A stretch of 64,000 nt of DNA from IMG/VR virus record IMGVR_UViG_3300040801_005040, positions 37,885 through 101,884 of that record. One strand, given 5' to 3'. Positions within the stretch are counted from its first letter, which is position 1; the number at the start of each line of letters is the position of its first letter. Under the pieces are notes generated by a model, which searched no databases, was not told the DNA's origin, and was given only the letters and a program-made list of their open reading frames with translations. Positions 35,570-46,495 of the stretch are shown in pieces. The translations under genes and the position numbers were made by a program. Source of the DNA: a virus.

Positions 35570-36052
35570 ATGAAAGTATTAAATATTTACACAGATGGAG
35601 GACACAGAAAAAAGTTAGGGCTAGGAGCCTACGCTTATGTTATTCTGGATAACAATAACCATGTTATTGCAGAGCATGTTAGGGTTATTGAAGAAAAGGA
35701 TGAAAAAATAACCAATAACATTATGGAACTTAAAGCTGTAATAAAAGCTTTAAACTGGGTTAAATCAAATGGATATAGCCCAGAGGATCATAGAATTTAT
35801 GTGTTTACTGATAGTCAGTATGTACAATTGGGTATAACTGAATGGATGTCAGTGTGGATTCGTAAGAATTGGAAAAATGCTGCTGGAAAAGAAGTTGAGA
35901 ACAGGGATTTATGGGAAACTCTTAACAAACTATTCTTCTTTGATTTTAAGTATTTACATATTCAATGGATACAGGGTCATAATGAAAGTAAATGGAATAA
36001 TCTTGTAGATGAACTATGTACTAACGCAATGTTAAGCTATGAATCTACATAA
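35570..36052 (+). CDS. rnhA: Ribonuclease HI
   Basis: IYTDGG, TNNIMEL.AVI.AL, TDSQYV..GIT.W...W, VENRDLW, WIQGH..N..VD. Confidence 0.93.
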   Translation: MKVLNIYTDGGHRKKLGLGAYAYVILDNNNHVIAEHVRVIEEKDEKITNNIMELKAVIKALNWVKSNGYSPEDHRIYVFTDSQYVQLGITEWMSVWIRKNWKNAAGKEVENRDLWETLNKLFFFDFKYLHIQWIQGHNESKWNNLVDELCTNAMLSYEST

Positions 36053-36242
36053 TGTTACTGTGGAAGAAGCAGCAAATACTATTCAAAAGTATATATGGCT
36101 TCGTAAAAGCGTTAGGATACATATTGTAACTAACCTTAATGATCCTGAAGAAAAGAGATTGTTTCTTCTTGCTTATAGAATTGCACAACAATATTTAGAA
36201 AGTCAAAATGATGGAAAAAGAAACTGGAGACGTCACAACTAG
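36039..36242 (+). CDS. Hypothetical protein
   Basis: Overlap-coupled ORF. Confidence 0.55.
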   Translation: MNLHNVTVEEAANTIQKYIWLRKSVRIHIVTNLNDPEEKRLFLLAYRIAQQYLESQNDGKRNWRRHN

Positions 36243-37341
36243 AGCCCCTGACGTAAATCAGCTGAGGAATATGATACAATCCAATGCTGTTGAACTGGTT
36301 AAGAAGAATAAATATATCCTTCTTACATGGGCAACAGGATGTGGTAAGAGTCTTGCAGCACTAAAAATGGTTGACCATATGAACAAGACTCTTGAGTCAG
36401 GTGTTTCAGGCTATCTTATTTGTAAAGAACACTCGCATTTAAGTAACTGGGAAAAAGATATAGAAAAACATAACATGAAGCATTTGCTTAATGATATGAC
36501 TATGTTTCTATATGATTCTCTGCATAAATATGAAGGGCCTGTTGATTATGTTATTCTTGATGAATGTCATGCAATAACTGAAAAAAGACTTGAATATTTG
36601 ATGGATATTGTAGGTGAATCTACAGTAATAATAATGCTTTCTGCAACAGTAAACCCTGAGAAATTAGAGCTTTTAAGAGCACTTTGTAAAGGTCCCCTTG
36701 TTCAGAGTAACATTACTATTTCTGAAGCCATAAAGTATGGTCTATTGCCCTCTCCGAAGCTTTACGTGCACTTTTATGGGCTCAATAAAACTGAACACAA
36801 AGAATATCACGAAATAACTGTGGAGCTTGAAAAATACAGACGTAAATTCTTTATGAACAGAGATATATGGGCTAAGAATAAATGGGTTAATCTTGGCTCA
36901 ACTCGTAAGCGCATAATGGCAGAAATGAAAACTAAAAGAGCTAAAGAACTTATTGAAAAAGAGTTTAAAGGCTCACGTTTTATATGCTTTACAGGATCAA
37001 AAAAACAATGTGAAGAAATAGGAGGTGAAAAGTTTGTTCATTCAGACCTTAAAAGTAAGGAGGTAATTGATAAAAAAGACCTTTTTAATGAGGGTAAGAT
37101 TGATGAATTGTATGTGGTAAATATGTTTCGTGAAAGTATTAACCTGGTTAATGTTCAAAAAGGACTTATTGTACAGCTTGACAATGTTAAACTTAGTTTT
37201 ATACAAATGCTCGGGAGGGTGTTCAGATCAGAATTTCCTGAAATGCATATAATGGTACTCAAGCAAACACAGGATGAGAAATACTATCGTAATATTATTA
37301 AAGGATTTAACAAGGAATATATAATTGTAATTAATCATTAA
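36208..37341 (+). CDS. Superfamily II helicase
   Basis: ATGCGKS, ILDECH, LSAT, QMLGRVFR. Confidence 0.88.
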   Translation: MMEKETGDVTTRAPDVNQLRNMIQSNAVELVKKNKYILLTWATGCGKSLAALKMVDHMNKTLESGVSGYLICKEHSHLSNWEKDIEKHNMKHLLNDMTMFLYDSLHKYEGPVDYVILDECHAITEKRLEYLMDIVGESTVIIMLSATVNPEKLELLRALCKGPLVQSNITISEAIKYGLLPSPKLYVHFYGLNKTEHKEYHEITVELEKYRRKFFMNRDIWAKNKWVNLGSTRKRIMAEMKTKRAKELIEKEFKGSRFICFTGSKKQCEEIGGEKFVHSDLKSKEVIDKKDLFNEGKIDELYVVNMFRESINLVNVQKGLIVQLDNVKLSFIQMLGRVFRSEFPEMHIMVLKQTQDEKYYRNIIKGFNKEYIIVINH

Positions 37342-37342
37342 G

Positions 37343-37705
37343 ATGGATTTAGGTGTAAAAAATATTGAAGCTTGGGATAAATGGGTTACTTCTAACCAGG
37401 ATAGCTATGGTAAAGCTTGTGTTGATTGTGCACGTTTTGTCATGGAACAAATGGAAAGGGATATTAAATCTGGAGTTATCATTCAGAAGGGATTTGCAAA
37501 AAAATATGTAACTCTTGCTGATGAAACTTTAAAAACTGGTATTACTGGGTTTATGGCTGGTGCTATAGCTCAAATGGTATCACAATGTTCAGAGTATGGT
37601 TCTATTTTCAGACAAGATTGGAATGGAGAATATAATGTTACTTCTGAAGGAGTAGTAAATCCTGCAATATTAACTGTTAAAACAAAAGAAGATGAAAACA
37701 ACTGA
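37343..37705 (+). CDS. Hypothetical protein
   Basis: GITGFMAG motif; operon context. Confidence 0.65.
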   Translation: MDLGVKNIEAWDKWVTSNQDSYGKACVDCARFVMEQMERDIKSGVIIQKGFAKKYVTLADETLKTGITGFMAGAIAQMVSQCSEYGSIFRQDWNGEYNVTSEGVVNPAILTVKTKEDENN

Positions 37706-38171
37706 AAGATTTGAAAAAGCATTGTCAGCTTTATATAATGCTTTTCATGAAAACAAATTGCATTCTAATAAGTGTTCCGCTTGTGCCGTTGGAAACATAC
37801 TTGGGCATGATAGATGGTATGGTGGAAATTTTTCAAGGTACATTTTAAGAAAAGACCCTTGTGTAGAACAAATATTTATAGTTGGTTTTAATAATAGCGG
37901 ATATAGTGGAAAAGAATTAGCAATAGTTGAATATATATTTATGAAGGAAGTTCATAAAGATGTAAAGTTGTACACAAACCGCGAAAGGGGTCGTCTATCT
38001 TATGATTATGATGAACTTAAAGAGACTCCTGAAACTCACTTCAATGGTTTATGTGCAGTAGTTGAATATCTTGCTAAGCTTGATAATATTCCTAATCCAA
38101 TGGATTATTCTAAGGTATTTGAAAGAACTGAAGAAAATTCTCCTAAATATAAATTAGAAGAAATATTATGA
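37692..38171 (+). CDS. Hypothetical protein (CSACAVGN motif)
   Basis: Operon context. Confidence 0.65.
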   Translation: MKTTERFEKALSALYNAFHENKLHSNKCSACAVGNILGHDRWYGGNFSRYILRKDPCVEQIFIVGFNNSGYSGKELAIVEYIFMKEVHKDVKLYTNRERGRLSYDYDELKETPETHFNGLCAVVEYLAKLDNIPNPMDYSKVFERTEENSPKYKLEEIL

Positions 38172-38178
38172 AAACTAT

Positions 38179-38388
38179 ATGAACCAAAATGACGTACTGG
38201 TGATGATCCAGCTCATTGAGGAAGAATATCCTCGTGAGCAAAGGGATACTGCTTCAAAAATGTCTGAAATCATAGAGAGGGAGTTTAACATAAAAGTTGC
38301 TCCCTCTTTTATTTTAAGGATAACAGGTATTGATGATGATTACGAAAGAGAACAAAGAAAAATACAATATGGAACGGATTGTTATTGA
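38179..38388 (+). CDS. Hypothetical protein
   Basis: Operon context. Confidence 0.55.
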   Translation: MNQNDVLVMIQLIEEEYPREQRDTASKMSEIIEREFNIKVAPSFILRITGIDDDYEREQRKIQYGTDCY

Positions 38389-38932
38389 TATAAGTATACT
38401 TAGGGAGTATGACCTTAGTGTAAACAATTACTTAAACTTACTTTATTTCTATTCTGTTGAAAAAGGAATAAATGAAGGATTTGTATCAAAATTTACTCCA
38501 AGCCATCCTGTAATTCTTGCTACTTCAGATCTTGTGAAGAAACAATTTATCTTTTCTGATGGCATAACCATACAGCTTAGGGAAAGAACAAGGGAGCTTT
38601 TTGAAGGCTCTAAAGATTTATTTCTTGAGTGGTTTAATAAGTTTCCCATTAAAAGCCCTTCTGGTAGGGTTTTAAGACCTTCTTCTGATGAAACAATAGC
38701 AGGTAGAAAACTACGTAAGACATGGAACAAACATTTTAAGAATAACGCTGAAGGTGCCAGAAAAGCAATAGCAGTTCTTGAGGTTGAGATGGATTGGCGC
38801 AGGAGGACAAATAAGTTTGAGTATATGCAAATGGCTCAAACGTGGCTTAATCAGGGTTCTTGGGAGGTTTATGAATATCTTCTTAAAGATCATAAAGTAA
38901 CTGTTAAAAGAGAAAGGGAGGATTACTTATGA
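38369..38932 (+). CDS. Putative replication initiator / replisome organiser-like protein
   Basis: FLEWFNKFP...YMQMAQTWLNQGSWE C-terminal motif; close upstream of DnaB; start taken as MERIVID. Confidence 0.5.
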   Translation: MERIVIDISILREYDLSVNNYLNLLYFYSVEKGINEGFVSKFTPSHPVILATSDLVKKQFIFSDGITIQLRERTRELFEGSKDLFLEWFNKFPIKSPSGRVLRPSSDETIAGRKLRKTWNKHFKNNAEGARKAIAVLEVEMDWRRRTNKFEYMQMAQTWLNQGSWEVYEYLLKDHKVTVKREREDYL

Positions 38933-39594
38933 GCATAGAGAGTTTTATACAAAGTAGTTATAGGACTAAAGCACAGCTTTTAAATCCTGTAAATAAAAAA
39001 GATGTTATTCGTTATGATCTGGCTCTCAGTGTATTAGAAGCACATAAAGGTAAAAAAATTAACATTTTAACTTTACCTTCAGTTTGGTGGAATTTTGAAA
39101 AATTACTAATTTACCTTAATGAACAGTATAATCTTGGTGTAAAGATATACTTTACTGCTTGTGAAAGGGAAAATTCATTATTTCCGCTTGTGACTGACAA
39201 TATGCCAAGATCAAAAGGTGTTGGTATAGGAATAGCATGGTCTTTTAAGAAAAAACTTCATTTTAGTTCTACTGATGTTGCAGTAGTATATAATGAGGAT
39301 ATCTTTGATTATTGTAAAGATAACCCTACTGAGAAATTTGACTTCGTATGGCTTGATTTAATGTGTAATATCAACAGTATGATTTACAGGCTTGATGATG
39401 TTAAACATATTACTAAAAGAAAGTCAGATTTAGTTGTTACTTTTTGCAGGGGAAGAGATGGTATTGAAACAGGCATGCATAATAAAATTGTAACTGATAA
39501 GTTTAATGAAATTGGTTATTCTTTTGTAGACGTTACTGCTTATACTGATACATATCCAATGAGTCAAATCAGAGTTAAAAAGATAAAAAATTAA
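38929..39594 (+). CDS. Class I SAM-dependent methyltransferase-like protein
   Basis: NILTLPS...FTACERE...EDIFDY...KFDFVWLDLM. Confidence 0.5.
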   Translation: MSIESFIQSSYRTKAQLLNPVNKKDVIRYDLALSVLEAHKGKKINILTLPSVWWNFEKLLIYLNEQYNLGVKIYFTACERENSLFPLVTDNMPRSKGVGIGIAWSFKKKLHFSSTDVAVVYNEDIFDYCKDNPTEKFDFVWLDLMCNINSMIYRLDDVKHITKRKSDLVVTFCRGRDGIETGMHNKIVTDKFNEIGYSFVDVTAYTDTYPMSQIRVKKIKN

Positions 39595-40769
39595 TGGATG
39601 AAGAAAAAAAAGATGTAAAGAAAAGAATTGATGAAATCAGGGATATATCTAAAAAGAGGGCTGAAGGAGAATTATTTTGTATACCTTTTTATCACAAGCA
39701 CCCAAAACTTTCTAAGATTGTCCCTGGTATTGTCAAAGGGATCCTTTATAAGGTAACAGCGCAGAGTGGTGTAGGAAAGACTCAATTTACAAAAGAGATG
39801 TTTTGTATAACTCCATTGGAGTTTATAAGACAGAATCCTGATACCAACATAAAGGTCAAGATATTTTATTTTGCTCTTGAAGAAAGTAAGGCAGAGTTTA
39901 TTGATACTTTGCTTTCAAACAGATTGGCTACGAAATACAATATTAGGATAGAACCATTGATGCTTAAAGGCATACATAAAAATTATCTTAGTGAAGATAT
40001 TCTTGCTAAGCTGGAAGATTGTGAAAAGGATGTTCAGTATTACATGGATCACATAGAAATAGTTGACAGTGAATACAATCCTACGGGTATGTATAAATAT
40101 TGTCGTCATTACAGTGAACAAGTTGGTAAACATATCTGGGAAAATAGAACTTTTCAAAAGAGAGATAGTTCTGGTACTATTATAGAAACTGTTGAGCCTG
40201 CTTATGTGAGATATGAGCCTGATGATCCAAATTTACATGTTATAGTAATAGCTGATCACATTAGCCTTATATATCCTGAGTATGATAAGAAACGAGAAAA
40301 GATGCTTACTACTCATGAAGCAATAGCAAAATGGAGTACAGAGTATTGTAAAAAGCAAATTACAAAGCATTGGAACTGGACTGTAGTTAATATTCAGCAG
40401 CAAGAACAATCAAAAGAAGCCCAGCAATTTACAATGACAGGCAAAAGTATTATTGAAAAGACTGAGCCAAGCCTTGATGGTCTTGCAAACAATAAGGAAA
40501 TACAACGCGATGATTATGTCATCCTCTCTGTGTATTCTCCTGATAAGTTTGGTTTTGAAGAATATCACCAGTATGATATAAACAGGTTTAGAGATACCTT
40601 TAGGGCTGTCAAAGTACTTAAGAATAGGATTGGCAGTCCAAATGGGTATGTCCACTTTTTATTCGATGGGGCTACAAACAGGTTTAATGAACTACCAAAG
40701 CCAGGAGAGGATGACGAAAAACTCAAACAAGCATACGCCACAGCAGATTATCTACTCGGCAGAGGATAA
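39594..40769 (+). CDS. dnaB: Replicative DnaB-like helicase
   Basis: TAQSGVGKTQF, YFALEES, VIADHISL, KVLKNRIG. Confidence 0.88.
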   Translation: MDEEKKDVKKRIDEIRDISKKRAEGELFCIPFYHKHPKLSKIVPGIVKGILYKVTAQSGVGKTQFTKEMFCITPLEFIRQNPDTNIKVKIFYFALEESKAEFIDTLLSNRLATKYNIRIEPLMLKGIHKNYLSEDILAKLEDCEKDVQYYMDHIEIVDSEYNPTGMYKYCRHYSEQVGKHIWENRTFQKRDSSGTIIETVEPAYVRYEPDDPNLHVIVIADHISLIYPEYDKKREKMLTTHEAIAKWSTEYCKKQITKHWNWTVVNIQQQEQSKEAQQFTMTGKSIIEKTEPSLDGLANNKEIQRDDYVILSVYSPDKFGFEEYHQYDINRFRDTFRAVKVLKNRIGSPNGYVHFLFDGATNRFNELPKPGEDDEKLKQAYATADYLLGRG

Positions 40770-40923
40770 AATTACTTTGATTGTATATGATGACATACTT
40801 TCAGATAAGGCTCGCGTCCTTAATTTTACTTATGAATGGAAAAACATGAACCAGGAAGAAAGGAAATGTGTGAAGCGTTGGAATTATGTAACATATCAGG
40901 AAGACACGAACATTAACAATTAA
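40711..40923 (+). CDS. Hypothetical protein
   Basis: Overlaps the DnaB end; start uncertain. Confidence 0.35.
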   Translation: MTKNSNKHTPQQIIYSAEDKITLIVYDDILSDKARVLNFTYEWKNMNQEERKCVKRWNYVTYQEDTNINN

Positions 40924-41002
40924 TTTTAACATACACTAATGCCCTGAATATTAGCTTATTCAGAGTATTTTTTGTATATTGTACTACTTACAAGGAGAAG
41001 AA

Positions 41003-41571
41003 ATGTATTATTTATACAGGCATGTCAGACCTGATAAGAATCAGGTATTCTATGTTGGCGTAGGAACTTTAATGGGAGAGAATTTAATTCCTCATCTTGG
41101 CAGTACATTCAGAGCTTATTATAGAAGAGCTTTTCAAAAAAAGAGCAGGAATCCTTATTGGCATAATATTGTTAATAAGGCAGGCTATGAAGTAGAAATA
41201 ATGCTTGAATCTGATAGCATAAACTTTATTAAAGAGAAAGAAAAGAAGTTTATACAATTGTATTCAAGTACTCTTTGTAATATGACTACTGGTGGAGACG
41301 GTGTTGAAAGCTATAATCACACTGAAGAAACTAAAAGAAGAATTAGCAATACAATGAAAGGTGTTAAAAAGCCAAAATGTGTTGCTGATAAAATTAACAA
41401 GGCTAAATTTAAGCCTATTATTATGTATAATAACAAGGAAAAATTAGAATTTGATTCTGCCACCAGTGCTGCTAAGTATCTTGGTAACATTAACAAAAGA
41501 TCTAATATTTCAAGTTGTTTATACGGGAAAAGAAATCAAGTAAATGGTTATTATTTTAAATTTAAGGGAGA

Positions 41572-41575
<4 letters not shown>
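41003..41575 (+). CDS. Free-standing GIY-YIG homing endonuclease with NUMOD3/NUMOD1 domains
   Basis: YLYRH..FYVGVG...R...E..FI..Y..LCN.T.GG; HTEETKRRIS; FDSATSAAKYLG..NISSCL.GKR. Confidence 0.85.
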
Positions 41576-43931
<2,356 letters not shown>

Positions 43932-43963
43932 AAATTTAATCTTTAACCTTTAATTATTTTATT

Positions 43964-44443
43964 ATGAATTTTGGTGTACCTACCCAACGCAGAACTACTA
44001 CTAAAGTAGAAAAGTATCCTAACACTCCTGTTGCAACCCTGGTGGTTGCTGAAGCTGGAAAAGGAAAGAAAATTTATTTCAATGAAAAAGCCGAACAGCT
44101 AATGGGGCTTCCTGAAGAAGGAGCTACAATTGCATTTTCTTTTGAAGGGGGAATCCATGTAGTAAATGGAAACAATCCTGCAATTCCTGAAGAAGTAAAG
44201 CTCAATGTTTCTAAAAGTTCTCCTCGTAGGATTTCTGATAAGAGAACATATGAGTATATCATTAAATCCCTTGATTTGAATGATCAGGTGGAAAATGAAT
44301 TTCAGCTTATTCAGAATACTATTGATGGAATGACTGTTTGGACATTTGAACTAATGAAATCAACAGGAGAGGAAGATCTCTATCATGCTGAAGTTGTTGG
44401 TGAAACTCAACTTACTAACGAGAGTACCTGGAATAACGGCTAA
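43964..44443 (+). CDS. Hypothetical protein
   Basis: ORF in the replication operon. Confidence 0.65.
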   Translation: MNFGVPTQRRTTTKVEKYPNTPVATLVVAEAGKGKKIYFNEKAEQLMGLPEEGATIAFSFEGGIHVVNGNNPAIPEEVKLNVSKSSPRRISDKRTYEYIIKSLDLNDQVENEFQLIQNTIDGMTVWTFELMKSTGEEDLYHAEVVGETQLTNESTWNNG

Positions 44444-44460
44444 TCTTTTAAATCAATTTT

Positions 44461-45372
44461 ATGAAATTTGGAGAACAAAGAGAAGCTACGGATGGTGGTG
44501 TAAGAAAGGTATATACGGGAGTAGAAAATTTCCGTGTTATAGCTATCAATCCAAACCATACGAAGCTTAAAGAACTTTATGGTGAAAATGCCAAGGAAGA
44601 AGAATACATTGGCGAAAATGAGATCAATGGGCAAAAATATCCTCAGCTTAGGATTGTAGTTCATTGCGACAATAATCCTGAGGAAGGAGAGCCAAAGGTA
44701 ACCTGCAGGCCTACTTTCTGGGTTACAAAAGCCCCTGTAGAAAGTCAGACGGGTAAGAAGCAATACATTAATGTCTTCGGCAATACCATTTGGCTTACGG
44801 ATGAACAGGGAGCAATGAATGTACCTTTTCATGAAAATGTAGGTCCTAATGGAACTTACAAGTTTGATGCAACTGGTAAAAGGCTTGCGCTTAGGGGTGA
44901 AGAAGAGTTTATTCAATTCTTTCGTGCACTTTTGAACTTGCCAAGCCCTATTAAGGTTAATGATCCAATGGAAGCTGCATCTCAATTTGATATATCAGAT
45001 TGGGATAAAATGTTTTCAAAGGACTTTAGTATGATAAACAGTATTGTAAAGAATACCAACAATAAAGTTGGATTTCTTCTTGGCGCCAAGCGTGTTGAGG
45101 ATAATGTTTATCAGGATGTCTTTACCAGAGCTCCCCTTCGTCAGTATCAAAAGGGAAGCAAAAGGTTTGATTATTTGCTGAAAGACCTTGATTCTTCCAA
45201 AGAAGCAGGAGCTTATCCAAATACTGATTTTGGACCAAGGGACTGTGTATTGCGTGAATATGAGCCAGATGCTACTCCTACTAATACAAATGCATTTGCC
45301 CCACAACAACCAGCTAATACTGGAAGTTTCTTTAATCCTGAGGCTGCTGCTTCTTTTGCTGGCAGTAACTAA
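44461..45372 (+). CDS. crAss-like single-stranded DNA-binding protein
   Basis: KVYTGVENFRVIAINP..L.ELYG; SQTGKKQYIN.FG; GEEE..F.R; low-complexity tail; upstream of primase. Confidence 0.6.
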   Translation: MKFGEQREATDGGVRKVYTGVENFRVIAINPNHTKLKELYGENAKEEEYIGENEINGQKYPQLRIVVHCDNNPEEGEPKVTCRPTFWVTKAPVESQTGKKQYINVFGNTIWLTDEQGAMNVPFHENVGPNGTYKFDATGKRLALRGEEEFIQFFRALLNLPSPIKVNDPMEAASQFDISDWDKMFSKDFSMINSIVKNTNNKVGFLLGAKRVEDNVYQDVFTRAPLRQYQKGSKRFDYLLKDLDSSKEAGAYPNTDFGPRDCVLREYEPDATPTNTNAFAPQQPANTGSFFNPEAAASFAGSN

Positions 45373-45397
45373 AGGAAGTATTTTAATGGCATGAAAT

Positions 45398-45427
45398 AAA
45401 GGGGAAGTGTAAAAGCTTCCCCTTATT
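45398..45427 (+). terminator. Terminator-like hairpin
   Basis: AAGGGGAAG/CTTCCCCTT stem. Confidence 0.6.
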
Positions 45428-45448
45428 CATGTAATAAAACCTTGAGAT

Positions 45449-46495
45449 ATGAAAGGATTTGCAGAAGGTAAACCTTATCCGAGTTATAAAGATGTTTATG
45501 AAAGACTTACTCAAGAGAGTGTATATGCAATGTACACAGGAGGAGTGTTTAAAGCAGGACTTATGACTTCACCCATTGGGGCAAGGGATAGACATGCTTC
45601 TTTCAGTATCTTTTGGAGTCACAGGAAAGGGAAATATTTATTTAAAGAATTCAGATATGGATATACTGGCGATTGTGTTGATCTTGTAAGGTATATCTAT
45701 AACTATAAGGATAACACTCGTGCCTGTATGCGCATTATGCATGATTTTGGCATTGATGATTATCATATAGATTCTGATATTGGATTTCTTCCTTCACCTG
45801 GGAGCAAAGTCAATAAGAGCATTGTTGTAAGCCCACCAAAAAGAGAAGTTGAAATTAAGATTACAGTTAGAGATTGGGTATTCTACGATGTTGTTTTCTG
45901 GGGTCAGTTTGGTATTACAATGAAATGGCTTCAAAGAGGTAATGTTTATCCTATTAGCCATTATTATGTCAATGGATACATGAGACATGCAGATACGTAT
46001 GCTTACGCTTATGTTGAAAATAAAGATGGAATTTTTACATATAAAATATACCAGCCTTTTGCCGACAAGAAAAAGAAATGGCTTAATAGTAACGACTCTT
46101 CTGTTTGGGAATTATGGGATCTTCTTCCAGAGAGGTTTCCAATATTAATAATTACCAAGAGTAGAAAAGATGCATTATCCATAATGTCAACCATTGGTAT
46201 CCCTTCTACTGCGTTACAATCTGAAGGTACAAAACCAAAACCTCAGGTAATGGATGAGCTTAAGAGCAGGTTTGACAGGATTATTGTCTTTTATGATAAT
46301 GATTTTGATAAAGAAACAAACTATGGACTTAAGTATGCGCAGAGCCTTCAAAGGGATTTTGGGCTGGAGATTATGATGCTTCCTTCTGAGTATGGGGAGA
46401 AGGATTATAGTGATTTTGTTAAAAAATATGGGCCAAATAAGGCTCGAAAAGTATTAGAAGAACTGGTAAAAACACTTAATAATGAAAACAGTTAA
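45449..46495 (+). CDS. DNA primase (DnaG/Toprim, crAss-like)
   Basis: SP...D.HASF, FKEF..G..GD, YKIYQP, IITKSRKD, LQSE, FYDND, KD.SD. Confidence 0.88.
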   Translation: MKGFAEGKPYPSYKDVYERLTQESVYAMYTGGVFKAGLMTSPIGARDRHASFSIFWSHRKGKYLFKEFRYGYTGDCVDLVRYIYNYKDNTRACMRIMHDFGIDDYHIDSDIGFLPSPGSKVNKSIVVSPPKREVEIKITVRDWVFYDVVFWGQFGITMKWLQRGNVYPISHYYVNGYMRHADTYAYAYVENKDGIFTYKIYQPFADKKKKWLNSNDSSVWELWDLLPERFPILIITKSRKDALSIMSTIGIPSTALQSEGTKPKPQVMDELKSRFDRIIVFYDNDFDKETNYGLKYAQSLQRDFGLEIMMLPSEYGEKDYSDFVKKYGPNKARKVLEELVKTLNNENS

